DNA of 64,000 nucleotides, taken from a virus. Location: positions 8,497-72,496 of the IMG/VR virus record IMGVR_UViG_3300047554_000536, one strand, 5' to 3'. Below the pieces are notes generated by a model. That model was given only the letters and a program-made list of their open reading frames with translations, did no database searches and was not told the origin of the DNA. Position 1 is the stretch's first letter; each line of letters opens with the position of its first letter. Shown in pieces: positions 29,142 through 37,634 of this stretch. The position numbers and the translations under genes are program-made.

Positions 29142-29905
29142 AAATCCTAATCACTGGAGGTAATGGGTATATCGGAAAAAGCATATATTCCGCTTTATAT
29201 GGTAAATATGATATAACAGTGGTCACTAAGCAAGATTTCGATCTTGCAGACTACGTAGCCACTTCTGAGTTCTTTAAAGGAAAGTACTTTGATGTAGTAA
29301 TTCATACAGCTGTATCAGGAGGGCATAGGTTGTTAGTCGATAGTGGTGGAACAATCCGCAACAACATTAATATGTTTTGGAATCTTGTCGACAATCAAGA
29401 ACACTTTGGTAGATTCATTACATTTGGATCAGGAGCTGAGATATACGATTCAAGACAGCCATATGGTTTGAGTAAAAGAGTTATAGCAGATGCGATGGAG
29501 GGAAGAGATGAGTACTACAATCTAAGAATCTATGCAGTGTTTGATGAAAACGAATTGGATACAAGGTTCATTAAGAGTAACATTGTTAGGTACATCGATG
29601 GTGAGGATATGGTGATACACCAGGATAAGTACATGGACTTCTTTTATATGGAGGATCTAGTGTCGCTAGTGGATTACTACATCACCGCAAAAGATCCAGT
29701 TCAGACTGTGGATTGTTGCTACCTACAGAAGTATAAGCTAAGCGATATAGCTAGAATGATCAACGGATTGAACAAGTATAGGATTGGAGTCATGGTAGAT
29801 GAGGAAGGATTGGGACCAGATTATACCGGCAACTATGTTGGTCTGCCAATTAAACTGATAGGATTAGAGCAAGGAATTAGAAACACGTATAGCAAATTAA
29901 AATGA
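29138..29905 (+). CDS. NAD-dependent epimerase/dehydratase (SDR)
   Basis: ITGGNGYIG, FGSGAE, YGLSK. Confidence 0.85.
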   Translation: MKILITGGNGYIGKSIYSALYGKYDITVVTKQDFDLADYVATSEFFKGKYFDVVIHTAVSGGHRLLVDSGGTIRNNINMFWNLVDNQEHFGRFITFGSGAEIYDSRQPYGLSKRVIADAMEGRDEYYNLRIYAVFDENELDTRFIKSNIVRYIDGEDMVIHQDKYMDFFYMEDLVSLVDYYITAKDPVQTVDCCYLQKYKLSDIARMINGLNKYRIGVMVDEEGLGPDYTGNYVGLPIKLIGLEQGIRNTYSKLK

Positions 29906-31206
29906 TAAGACCAATTACATTCTGTATTAATACAGCTAACAATGAGAGAGACTATGTCCTATTACTACTCAAGTCTCTGAAGGATCACACCCAAATAGAT
30001 ATGCATGAGGTATTGGTGTTTGTCGATACAGATAACCAAAACACATACGAGGCACTACTTGATATGAAGAAGGAGATTGCAAACCTTCGCGTATGCAAAA
30101 ACCCAAATCCACATCCAGTATGGTGTCAACGCAACATCTCAATCTTATTCGATCAAGCAAAGAATGACTTGATTTGTTACTTACAATCTGACATGGTTGT
30201 TGGTTTAGAGTTTGATAAGCACATCTGCGAAAACATGCAATCTGAGAATACTGTATTATGTTGTGCTAGAATAGAACCACCACTACATCCTGAGTCTCCG
30301 GAGAAGATTACTAAGAGCTTTGGATCATCTCCAGAAGATTTCTTATATGAGGAGTTTAATACCTTCGTAGCTGACTTACAGAAAGAGAATAGACCTAATA
30401 TGTGGGGACACTTTGCTCCGTTTGTTGTTTACAAGTCAACTTGGATCAATAAGCTTGGTGGGTTTGATACTCAGTTTAGATCCTCACGCGAAGACTCTGA
30501 TTTGATTATTCGAATGGGATTGTGTGGGTTAGATTTAGTGCAGTCATGGAACGCTTGCGTATATCACTTCACTTGCGTATCAAGTCGTGGTAAGGATTGG
30601 TTCACTGATCAGAAAGCAGCACAGATCAAGAACGAGTTGCAGAGTCAAGCGGATATCCAAGAGCTAAAGAGGTTTATTCGAAAGTGGGGCTTCTTTGGAC
30701 ATCATGGTAAGCCAATCTACGATGTGACCTTTGAGATTGAATTAGATCGCTATGCAGATATAGGTTTACTGAAATTCTTAGAACCTTACTGCCAGCATCT
30801 AGTGCTATCTGACAAAGCTGTAGTTGATAGATTAGTATCGGATATTTCGTTCGAAGCTAGCTACTACAACAACTTACGATGGGGGTACACATACGACTAC
30901 TGGCTAAAGAATGAGCATCTATTCAATCCAACAGACTTCTCCAAAAGAATAATTCACAGTACTGATAAGTTACCTGGTGATGTAATTGTTAGAATGAAGT
31001 ACTCTGATTTAGTTGATCAGTGGAGCGATGATGTACGTCGTGTTATTGAAAGTATTAATGAGGTAGTTGATGCTAACGATTTAGGTGACTTTGAGTTTGG
31101 TCCATTCAAGATTAGTATCATACGAAAGAACAATCTTATGCACAGCTACGAGCGAATCAACAACCTAGACCTAATAGTAAACGAGCAAGAATTTAACTTT
31201 ATCTAA
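29902..31206 (+). CDS. GT2 glycosyltransferase
   Basis: QSDM, GGFD..F...EDSD, VYHF...SSR, KWG. Confidence 0.8.
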   Translation: MIRPITFCINTANNERDYVLLLLKSLKDHTQIDMHEVLVFVDTDNQNTYEALLDMKKEIANLRVCKNPNPHPVWCQRNISILFDQAKNDLICYLQSDMVVGLEFDKHICENMQSENTVLCCARIEPPLHPESPEKITKSFGSSPEDFLYEEFNTFVADLQKENRPNMWGHFAPFVVYKSTWINKLGGFDTQFRSSREDSDLIIRMGLCGLDLVQSWNACVYHFTCVSSRGKDWFTDQKAAQIKNELQSQADIQELKRFIRKWGFFGHHGKPIYDVTFEIELDRYADIGLLKFLEPYCQHLVLSDKAVVDRLVSDISFEASYYNNLRWGYTYDYWLKNEHLFNPTDFSKRIIHSTDKLPGDVIVRMKYSDLVDQWSDDVRRVIESINEVVDANDLGDFEFGPFKISIIRKNNLMHSYERINNLDLIVNEQEFNFI

Positions 31207-31451
31207 TGCAGTACTTCTTATTAATGCCAGGTGATACAGAGCAAGATGCTCTTAATGAAGCAAACCTACTAGGAGAGTCCTCGTTTGGAGTTTTCTGGGG
31301 AGGTCAAGCATTGAAGACCTTAATGTCAATCATCGATAGCAACCCAGAGCTCTTAGTTATTGCTAAGGTGAAGACTGATACAAACAAGTCTCTAACCTTA
31401 GAACAATTCTTAACAGATATACAAAAATTACAAGTAAGATATTCAAGATGA
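31206..31451 (+). CDS. hypothetical protein
   Basis: ORF track, translationally coupled. Confidence 0.6.
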   Translation: MQYFLLMPGDTEQDALNEANLLGESSFGVFWGGQALKTLMSIIDSNPELLVIAKVKTDTNKSLTLEQFLTDIQKLQVRYSR

Positions 31452-31603
31452 AATACTACCACTATTACTCAAGAACCGATAGAGACAAGGAGCCAATTTT
31501 CAAAGTATTTGCTCTATCACGATACAAAGCAGCAACACACTTTGCTCAGGTCAAGCGTCTCAGTCTAAAACAATTTCTAGAACTCTATGTTGTCAGCAGG
31601 TAA
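31448..31603 (+). CDS. small hypothetical protein (51 aa)
   Basis: Read by hand: MKYYHYYSRTDRDKEPIF...; ATGA overlap. Confidence 0.5.
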   Translation: MKYYHYYSRTDRDKEPIFKVFALSRYKAATHFAQVKRLSLKQFLELYVVSR

Positions 31604-31626
31604 CTATTTATATAAAAGAAAGCGTT

Positions 31627-32109
31627 ATGAAGATAATAGTGCTGTCTGCAGGCAAGAAGAAGAAGACCTATGTGGTAGAGGTTCTCGATGGTACAAACAC
31701 TATTCATAGTGAGACTGTCAAGAGTGTTCACGATCGAGATGAGTTAGTGTGGAAACTAGCTGACCTATACAACGTAGATGATATTGAGATAAAAGATATA
31801 CAGCAGGAGATAGACACATTCAAGTACTCAGAGATTCCATCTATCCCGGTATTGGAGGAAGATGAAGCCGACGAGTTTTTTGAAAGCAATAGTGAGTATG
31901 TGTACGATCGTATATTACAAGCAGTAGCTGAGGGAGTTGTGCAGAATACCGATTCTATTAGACTATTTGAACTCAATGGTACTGGTGTATATATAACGTC
32001 GAAGAGAGCTGATTGGAGGAATGGTGTACAGCAAGCTCAAGACTACTTTGTTACAGTAGAGCAATATGACAAATGTATTATAGCTAGGCAGTTACTGCTG
32101 AAACTATAA
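31627..32109 (+). CDS. hypothetical protein
   Basis: ORF track; TATTTATA upstream; EQYDKC tail. Confidence 0.65.
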   Translation: MKIIVLSAGKKKKTYVVEVLDGTNTIHSETVKSVHDRDELVWKLADLYNVDDIEIKDIQQEIDTFKYSEIPSIPVLEEDEADEFFESNSEYVYDRILQAVAEGVVQNTDSIRLFELNGTGVYITSKRADWRNGVQQAQDYFVTVEQYDKCIIARQLLLKL

Positions 32110-32122
32110 AGCGAATAAGGTT

Positions 32123-32755
32123 ATGAGAAAAGCAAGAACAACAATCCTATTACAATCGCAGATTGAACAAGCGATGAAGGTAACTCGCAGCAACAAGTCA
32201 GCTGCAGAGTATCTTCGAGTAAGCTATGGACTATACAAGCGATTCGCAAAGCTATATAAGAATGCGGATGGCGTTAGCTTATTTGACGCTCACCTAAACC
32301 AATCGGGATTAGGTATATCAAAGACACACGTATCCAAAAAGAGATTCCAGCTAGATGATATTCTATTAGGAAAGTATCCGCAATATCCTAAGGATAAGTT
32401 GCTACGTAGAATGATTATTAGTGGATACATTGAAGAGAAGTGTAATCACTGTGGGTACTGTACAAAGAGACCAACCGATCTCAAAACACCACTCATACTA
32501 AACCACCTTAATGGCAATACAACAGACCACAATAGAGAGAACCTAGAGGTGCTGTGTTACAATTGCTACTTTGTGTTGGTTGGTGATATTAGTAGAAAGG
32601 ACTTCAAGACAACATCTTATGATCGTCCAGAAGACTATCGTAACACATTAGATGAAATGATGACAAGTGAGGAGCATGCACAAGCTCTCAGCTCATTAGA
32701 TTTATTAACCGAGGAAGAGAAACAACAACTATTAAAAGGATTACACGACATATGA
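32123..32755 (+). CDS. HTH + HNH-like endonuclease
   Basis: CNHCG, LILNHLNGNTTDHNRENLEVLCYNC; N-terminal SAAEYLRVSY HTH-like. Confidence 0.75.
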   Translation: MRKARTTILLQSQIEQAMKVTRSNKSAAEYLRVSYGLYKRFAKLYKNADGVSLFDAHLNQSGLGISKTHVSKKRFQLDDILLGKYPQYPKDKLLRRMIISGYIEEKCNHCGYCTKRPTDLKTPLILNHLNGNTTDHNRENLEVLCYNCYFVLVGDISRKDFKTTSYDRPEDYRNTLDEMMTSEEHAQALSSLDLLTEEEKQQLLKGLHDI

Positions 32756-33183
32756 AAATAGGACAATGGATTGCAAAGCAAGAGCGTAAGTACTTGCCAA
32801 GCTTGAGGAGAAACAAACGATATAAATTTGCAAAGGCAGTTATACTAGCACCTTTATTAGTGCCACTGTATTACTTGCAAGTGGGTATAGTGAAGTTGAA
32901 ATCTAAACGTATATCACAGTCAGCAATCTTTACAAAGATGCAACACATTGTGGATGGGTGGACAAACCTAATCATTGAGGATCCAGTAGCTGAAGAGATA
33001 GCATTGAGTCGAGCTTCGATTTGTGCTGGATGTCCTTTTGCTGAGATGTCTACTGGATTGCATACAGTGGTGGTTGATAACAAGACAAAACAGATTCGAG
33101 GTATGAAGTGTGGTAAATGTGGATGTCCACTTAGCGCAAAGGTGAGAAGTCTAAACGATCACTGCCCGGAAGGAAAATGGTAA
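32752..33183 (+). CDS. Cys-rich hypothetical protein
   Basis: ICAGCP ... CGKCGCPLSAK ... CPEGKW. Confidence 0.65.
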   Translation: MKIGQWIAKQERKYLPSLRRNKRYKFAKAVILAPLLVPLYYLQVGIVKLKSKRISQSAIFTKMQHIVDGWTNLIIEDPVAEEIALSRASICAGCPFAEMSTGLHTVVVDNKTKQIRGMKCGKCGCPLSAKVRSLNDHCPEGKW

Positions 33184-33431
33184 GAAAGAAGTCTACTCAA
33201 GTGGCCTTAGTGGTTTATCACCATGAACTCAATCAACTAGAGCTTGTAGCAGAGGTGATTAAGTATTGTCTAGGTTATGAGGATACACAAGCATTCAACT
33301 GTGCTCACATGGTAGTTAATCGTGGTGAGTATGTGGTTAAGACTTTTAAAGTATCTGAGATTGAGAAGGCTAGAATGATAGTACAACTATTTATAGATCA
33401 GGAGGTTCCTGCTAAACTATTACCAATATGA
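33177..33431 (+). CDS. ClpS-like protein (degenerate)
   Basis: LVVYHHELN..E.V....C.....QA..CA..V...G..VVK spacing resembles ClpS. Confidence 0.5.
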   Translation: MVRKKSTQVALVVYHHELNQLELVAEVIKYCLGYEDTQAFNCAHMVVNRGEYVVKTFKVSEIEKARMIVQLFIDQEVPAKLLPI

Positions 33432-34018
33432 AAAAACTACTATTACTACTACTATTAATTCCAACACTGGTCTTTGGACAAAAACCTTTAAGAGACTCAG
33501 TCAAAGTCAAAACATCTATCTATGAGGTTATGTACAGCGAAAAGCTAGAAAGCCCATTGTGGGTTAAGTACACTGTACAATGCCCAACTGGTACCGCATC
33601 ACGATCTGGAATGGATTTCTATGTGTGTGACTCTATCAAGACATCTGACAATGCTGACTACGCTAACAATGTATACGATAAAGGTCACATGGCTCCGGCT
33701 GCTGACTTCAATTGTACTACACCAATGCTACGTCAAACCTTTAGCTATCTAAACTGCGCACTGCAAGATCAATATTTAAACAGAGGTGTGTGGCGTATGC
33801 TGGAGATACAAGAGCGTGAGTGGGCAAAGGTAGAACCAGTATCGGTTAAGATTGTAGTTGTATTCGATAAGACATCAAAGAAGCTACCTACTGGAGCTAC
33901 AATACCAGCTGGATTCTATAAAATAATCACTTTGGAGAAGTCTAAGAAGACTTACAAGTACTACTTTCCAAATGTGAAACCAACCAAAGCAAAATTTTCT
34001 GACTACCTTGTTGCATAA
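33428..34018 (+). CDS. secreted DNA/RNA non-specific endonuclease
   Basis: Signal peptide; YDKGHMAPAAD, TF...N..Q...LNRGVW..LE. Confidence 0.85.
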   Translation: MKKLLLLLLLIPTLVFGQKPLRDSVKVKTSIYEVMYSEKLESPLWVKYTVQCPTGTASRSGMDFYVCDSIKTSDNADYANNVYDKGHMAPAADFNCTTPMLRQTFSYLNCALQDQYLNRGVWRMLEIQEREWAKVEPVSVKIVVVFDKTSKKLPTGATIPAGFYKIITLEKSKKTYKYYFPNVKPTKAKFSDYLVA

Positions 34019-34045
34019 TCGAAGATAAGACCGTATCTTTACGGT

Positions 34046-34963
34046 ATGAATCTAGGTTATGCATGTATCAATACGGAGCTACGCAAGCAGAATATCTTTG
34101 CTGGGCGTACCTGCCGTAAGTCTAAGTTCGACGAGAAGGGCTTAGAATATGTAGGTGAGTTAGGGTTACAGAACCTACGAGACTTACTACAAATTGTTCA
34201 ATGGAATGAGCGTAATGGTATTAAATTCTACCGTATCGGCTCTGACATATTCCCTTGGAGTAGCGAATATGAGTATGAGGACTTACCTCAGTACGATAAG
34301 ATCAAACTATACTGCAAGGTCATAGGTGATTATGTTACTAAGGTTGGTCAACGACTAACATTCCATCCAGGTCCATTCAACATTCTAGGATCTTCTAATC
34401 CCGATGTCATTAGACGTACTATGATCGATCTACGACATCATTCAGAGTTATTTGACTTGATGGGATTTGAACCTAGCGTATACAACAAGATTAATATTCA
34501 CGTTGGTGCAGCATACAATGACAAGAACGCTGTACTAGATAAATGGTGCGAAAGCTATGAGAAACTTGATCCGAACACTAAGAAAAGACTTACAATCGAA
34601 AATGACGATAAGCAAAGCCTTTACACTACTTACGATTTGTATCATGGCATACATAGGATGGTTGGTGTTCCTATTGTTTTCGATTATCACCACCATAGTT
34701 GCCATCCTGGTGATTTATCCCATGCTGAAGCTTTGGAGCTTGCTATCTCCACGTGGCCGGAAGGCATTAAGCCGGTGGTCCATTATTCGTCTGCGAGACA
34801 AATAGAAGACGCAACAGCTAAGATCCAAGCACATGCTGACTACATCTATGAGAGCATTGACACATACGGACATGATGTCGATGTGATGTTAGAATGTAAA
34901 GCAAAAGAAGCAGCTCTGTTGCAATATCGCAAAAAACAGAGTATATTAATAGAAACAATTTAA
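34046..34963 (+). CDS. uvsE: UV DNA damage repair endonuclease UvsE
   Basis: LGYAC, FYRIGSD, TFHPG, NIHVG, IENDD, FDYHHH, HAD, LECKAKE; promoter at 34010-34041. Confidence 0.9.
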   Translation: MNLGYACINTELRKQNIFAGRTCRKSKFDEKGLEYVGELGLQNLRDLLQIVQWNERNGIKFYRIGSDIFPWSSEYEYEDLPQYDKIKLYCKVIGDYVTKVGQRLTFHPGPFNILGSSNPDVIRRTMIDLRHHSELFDLMGFEPSVYNKINIHVGAAYNDKNAVLDKWCESYEKLDPNTKKRLTIENDDKQSLYTTYDLYHGIHRMVGVPIVFDYHHHSCHPGDLSHAEALELAISTWPEGIKPVVHYSSARQIEDATAKIQAHADYIYESIDTYGHDVDVMLECKAKEAALLQYRKKQSILIETI

Positions 34964-34973
34964 TCAATATAAT

Positions 34974-35201
34974 ATGAACTACACAGTAGCAGTCAAAGTA
35001 AAATTTGAAGACGACAAAGGAAAAGTGAAAACTAAAACAGAGCGTTACTTAGTTGATGCAATGTCAGTAACGGAAGCAGAAACCCGTGTTGTAAAATTCA
35101 TGGAAGGCACAATGGCAGATTTCGAAATCAGCTCAGCAAGCCAATCTCGCATCGTAGAGGTTATTCACCCAGCAACTACTCCTGACGTTTATGGCAAGTA
35201 A
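34974..35201 (+). CDS. DUF4494-like protein
   Basis: E.YLVDA.S.TEAE motif typical of this Bacteroidota family. Confidence 0.6.
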   Translation: MNYTVAVKVKFEDDKGKVKTKTERYLVDAMSVTEAETRVVKFMEGTMADFEISSASQSRIVEVIHPATTPDVYGK

Positions 35202-35532
35202 GAATGTCACTGAACTAAAAGAGAAGTACCCTGAAATCGCTCAAGAGTTTGAGCGTATCGTTGCCGAGCAGTATGATCTGTTTGCAGGCAAGATGATTGA
35301 CTATGGGAAAGGAAACATTAGTGTTGGCACTAATCTAGAAACTCCCGAGGAAGTTAAGTTATCACTTACGGGGTTATGGTTCCGAATGAATGATAAGATG
35401 AATCGTTTGAAGAATCTTGTATTACTGAACCAAAACCCTAAAGTGACTACTGAGTCTACTCAGGACACTTTCCAGGACCTATCAATCTATGGTATCATTG
35501 CACAGATTGTGCAGAACGGTAAATGGAAGTAA
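35191..35532 (+). CDS. DUF1599-like nucleotide-modification-associated helical protein
   Basis: K..DYG, RMNDK..RL, ES..DT..DL..YGII. Confidence 0.65.
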   Translation: MASKNVTELKEKYPEIAQEFERIVAEQYDLFAGKMIDYGKGNISVGTNLETPEEVKLSLTGLWFRMNDKMNRLKNLVLLNQNPKVTTESTQDTFQDLSIYGIIAQIVQNGKWK

Positions 35533-35603
35533 TTTTTTATAGCTGTTGTCTATTTAAGATTATGGTCGTATCTTTGGCCTAACATTTAAAAAACACATAG
35601 CAT

Positions 35604-35831
35604 ATGAAGAATTGTAAAGTTTGCGGAATTGAAATTCCAGCTGGAAGATTGAAAGCATTACCAACAGCAACTACTTGCGTGGAGCATTCAACCACATCAA
35701 GGTTTGGTCATAACATAGTACAAGTTGGTAATCTAGAAGATGACGGATATCAAGAAGTTGAAGTAATCCGTGATCCGAAAGCTTTGGAGACACTTAATCA
35801 GTATAAACAACAACAAGGCAATTACAAGTAA
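35604..35831 (+). CDS. TraR/DksA-type zinc-finger protein
   Basis: CKVCG.EIP..RL.ALP....CVEH; promoter at 35545-35576. Confidence 0.7.
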   Translation: MKNCKVCGIEIPAGRLKALPTATTCVEHSTTSRFGHNIVQVGNLEDDGYQEVEVIRDPKALETLNQYKQQQGNYK

Positions 35832-36052
35832 TGGCTGACGATAGACACGAAGCGTACCGAATGCTGTTTGGAACAACTGAACTCAGTAGATTGTTTAGTA
35901 AGTATGGTGAGTCTTATCCAACCGGATACATAGCGTATCGGTTACTAGAGATAAAGCATGAACACCCAGACAGCTCAGTAGCTCATATCATTCAGTTAGC
36001 TATCAAATTTTTTGAAGATGAGCGAACTGCAAGAAAGGATAACCAGAATTGA
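35831..36052 (+). CDS. hypothetical protein
   Basis: ORF track. Confidence 0.55.
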   Translation: MADDRHEAYRMLFGTTELSRLFSKYGESYPTGYIAYRLLEIKHEHPDSSVAHIIQLAIKFFEDERTARKDNQN

Positions 36053-36383
36053 ACCAGTCTACGACTTTGATAAAGTTGCTGGAGGCTATTTCAAAATCTA
36101 TTACGGAGTGGAGACAGATGCTACAATCAAACTCAGCTTCGTACCTTTCCTAGATAATCGCATTCGTCAAAGTGATGAGTTGTTTAAGTATCTGAAGAAG
36201 ACTTCAAAGGACAAAACCGTATCGCATGCAATATACGATTTGTATGACATAGGTTTTCCGGTCGATGAGTGGGTTGAAGAGTATATAGAAACTGCAAAGA
36301 ATAGTGCAAATGCTGAACTCTTCAACGCACTCATTCACTTCTACAATCACATCAAAAATTTTAACACAGGAAGTATAGAATAA
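36018..36383 (+). CDS. hypothetical protein
   Basis: ORF track; ATG 36018. Confidence 0.6.
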   Translation: MSELQERITRIEPVYDFDKVAGGYFKIYYGVETDATIKLSFVPFLDNRIRQSDELFKYLKKTSKDKTVSHAIYDLYDIGFPVDEWVEEYIETAKNSANAELFNALIHFYNHIKNFNTGSIE

Positions 36384-36790
36384 TGGGATCAATATCAGAT
36401 TACATCGATTGTCCAAAGTGCGGTAACGAAGCACATCAGGAGTTTCAGTATAAGACTGGAGAAGAACATATCTTATGTTTGCATTGTGGTTACAGCCGCA
36501 AGTTCTACATATCGAATTGGGATGCGAAAGAGAGTGAGGGTGATGACTGGACTCCTAAGTATGAGCTAGAAGAGCTTGTTGGTCATGGAGCTTACAGAAT
36601 CCGTGCAAAGGGTTTCAATGCATATGAGGTTGGTAGCTTTGCTAGTGAGGAAGAGATTGAGAGCTACAAGCAGATGGTTGAAGCTCGCAAGGAAGAGATT
36701 GCTCACGCAGAGTATACTACAGTAGGTGAAGACGGCACATCATACGTAACAATCTTAATCCAAGGTGATATAGAAAGTTTTGAAGAATAG
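36383..36790 (+). CDS. zinc-ribbon hypothetical protein
   Basis: CPKCG ... CLHCGY. Confidence 0.65.
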   Translation: MGSISDYIDCPKCGNEAHQEFQYKTGEEHILCLHCGYSRKFYISNWDAKESEGDDWTPKYELEELVGHGAYRIRAKGFNAYEVGSFASEEEIESYKQMVEARKEEIAHAEYTTVGEDGTSYVTILIQGDIESFEE

Positions 36791-36841
36791 CTGTTGCCTA
36801 AACGAAAATAAGGTAGTATATTTAAAGAAATAAACAAACAT

Positions 36842-36994
36842 ATGGCAGGTAACTGGAAATTAAAAATTGAATGTCTTGATCAGTGGATGAAGGCAACAAC
36901 TGGAAAAGGGTTGTTTCGTGAGAAGTCGGAAAAACCGAAGACTGAAGTGAAATTTGGTAAACCAAATAGAACGAAATTCAACAAACAACGTTAA
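36842..36994 (+). CDS. small basic protein (50 aa)
   Basis: Read by hand: MAGNWKLKIECLDQWMK...; promoter at 36793-36824. Confidence 0.55.
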   Translation: MAGNWKLKIECLDQWMKATTGKGLFREKSEKPKTEVKFGKPNRTKFNKQR

Positions 36995-37194
36995 TGGCTA
37001 AAAAAAGGGAAGAACCGGTCTTTGAGAAGTTTACAAGGATTTATGAGGATGAGGATACTAAGACAGTTTGGACATATGATTACTCAGTCACAAAGACCGG
37101 TCCCGTTAGTGTAGAGATCACTTACAAAAATCTCCCAAAGGTAGAAAGAAAAAAGAAAAAAACAAAAATAACTAGAAAAACTGTTGCAAAATAG
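36994..37194 (+). CDS. small basic hypothetical protein
   Basis: ORF track; TAATG coupling. Confidence 0.6.
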   Translation: MAKKREEPVFEKFTRIYEDEDTKTVWTYDYSVTKTGPVSVEITYKNLPKVERKKKKTKITRKTVAK

Positions 37195-37214
37195 GATTTT
37201 CTAGAGTATATTTA
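37183..37214 (+). promoter_or_regulatory. promoter of the tRNA operon
   Basis: GTTGC 37183 + TATATTTA 37207; a TATTTATA box also lies at 37236. Confidence 0.75.
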
Positions 37215-37248
37215 AAGAAAGAAAGAAAACGAGTATATTTATATAAGC

Positions 37249-37371
37249 ATGAAAGCAAACCTTAGACATATAGCATCTTGTAATTATCGCCTAGAGCAAT
37301 CGATTCCGGCAGGAATGGGCTTTACGTGGGTGGATAGCAAATGCAAGTCCGAGGTTCACAAACTCATGTAA
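37249..37371 (+). CDS. putative attenuator leader peptide (40 aa, all 20 amino acids)
   Basis: MKANLRHIASCNYRLEQSIPAGMGFTWVDSKCKSEVHKLM*; its 3' end overlaps the antiterminator strand. Confidence 0.75.
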   Translation: MKANLRHIASCNYRLEQSIPAGMGFTWVDSKCKSEVHKLM

Positions 37372-37415
37372 GGTAATGTAAAACAAACAAACCTAAATAT
37401 AGATGAACCTCGGAT
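37347..37415 (+). promoter_or_regulatory. antiterminator helix of the tRNA-operon attenuator
   Basis: TCCGAGGTTCA (37348-37358) is perfectly complementary to TGAACCTCGGA (37404-37414). Confidence 0.8.
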
Positions 37416-37440
37416 CCAAAAGATACCGAGGTTTTTTTTT
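37406..37440 (+). terminator. attenuator (intrinsic terminator) upstream of the tRNA array
   Basis: AACCTCGG(ATC)/(GAT)ACCGAGGTT stem with T9. Confidence 0.9.
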
Positions 37441-37447
37441 GGGTTAA

Positions 37448-37460
37448 TGTTCTTTGAAAT
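37448..37460 (+). promoter_or_regulatory. boxA-like antitermination element
   Basis: TGTTCTTTGAAAT resembles rrn boxA; sits just before the first tRNA. Confidence 0.55.
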
Positions 37461-37475
37461 GTTGGATACAAAAAC

Positions 37476-37547
37476 GTATTAGTAGCTCAGTGGTAGAGCA
37501 GGCGGCTGTTAACCGTCAGGTCGTAGGTTCGAATCCTTCCTAGTACG
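37476..37547 (+). tRNA. tRNA-Asn(GTT)
   Basis: Cloverleaf; GGCGG-CT-GTT-AA-CCGTC; GGTTCGAATCC. Confidence 0.9.
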
Positions 37548-37553
37548 CAATAT

Positions 37554-37628
37554 TGCGGGATGCGTAGAAGTTGGTTATCTCGTCAGTCTCATAAGCTGAA
37601 GTCCCCGGTTCGAGTCCGGGTCCCGCAA
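37554..37628 (+). tRNA. tRNA-Met(CAT) (initiator vs elongator uncertain)
   Basis: TGCGGGA/TCCCGCA acceptor; TCAGT-CT-CAT-AA-GCTGA. Confidence 0.8.
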
Positions 37629-37634
37629 CATAAT

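Noticed and set aside
37249-37440. T-box riboswitch as the explanation for the tRNA leader
   Set aside because: No AGGGTGGNACC T-box sequence or stem I motifs; the uORF-overlapped antiterminator fits ribosome-mediated attenuation better.
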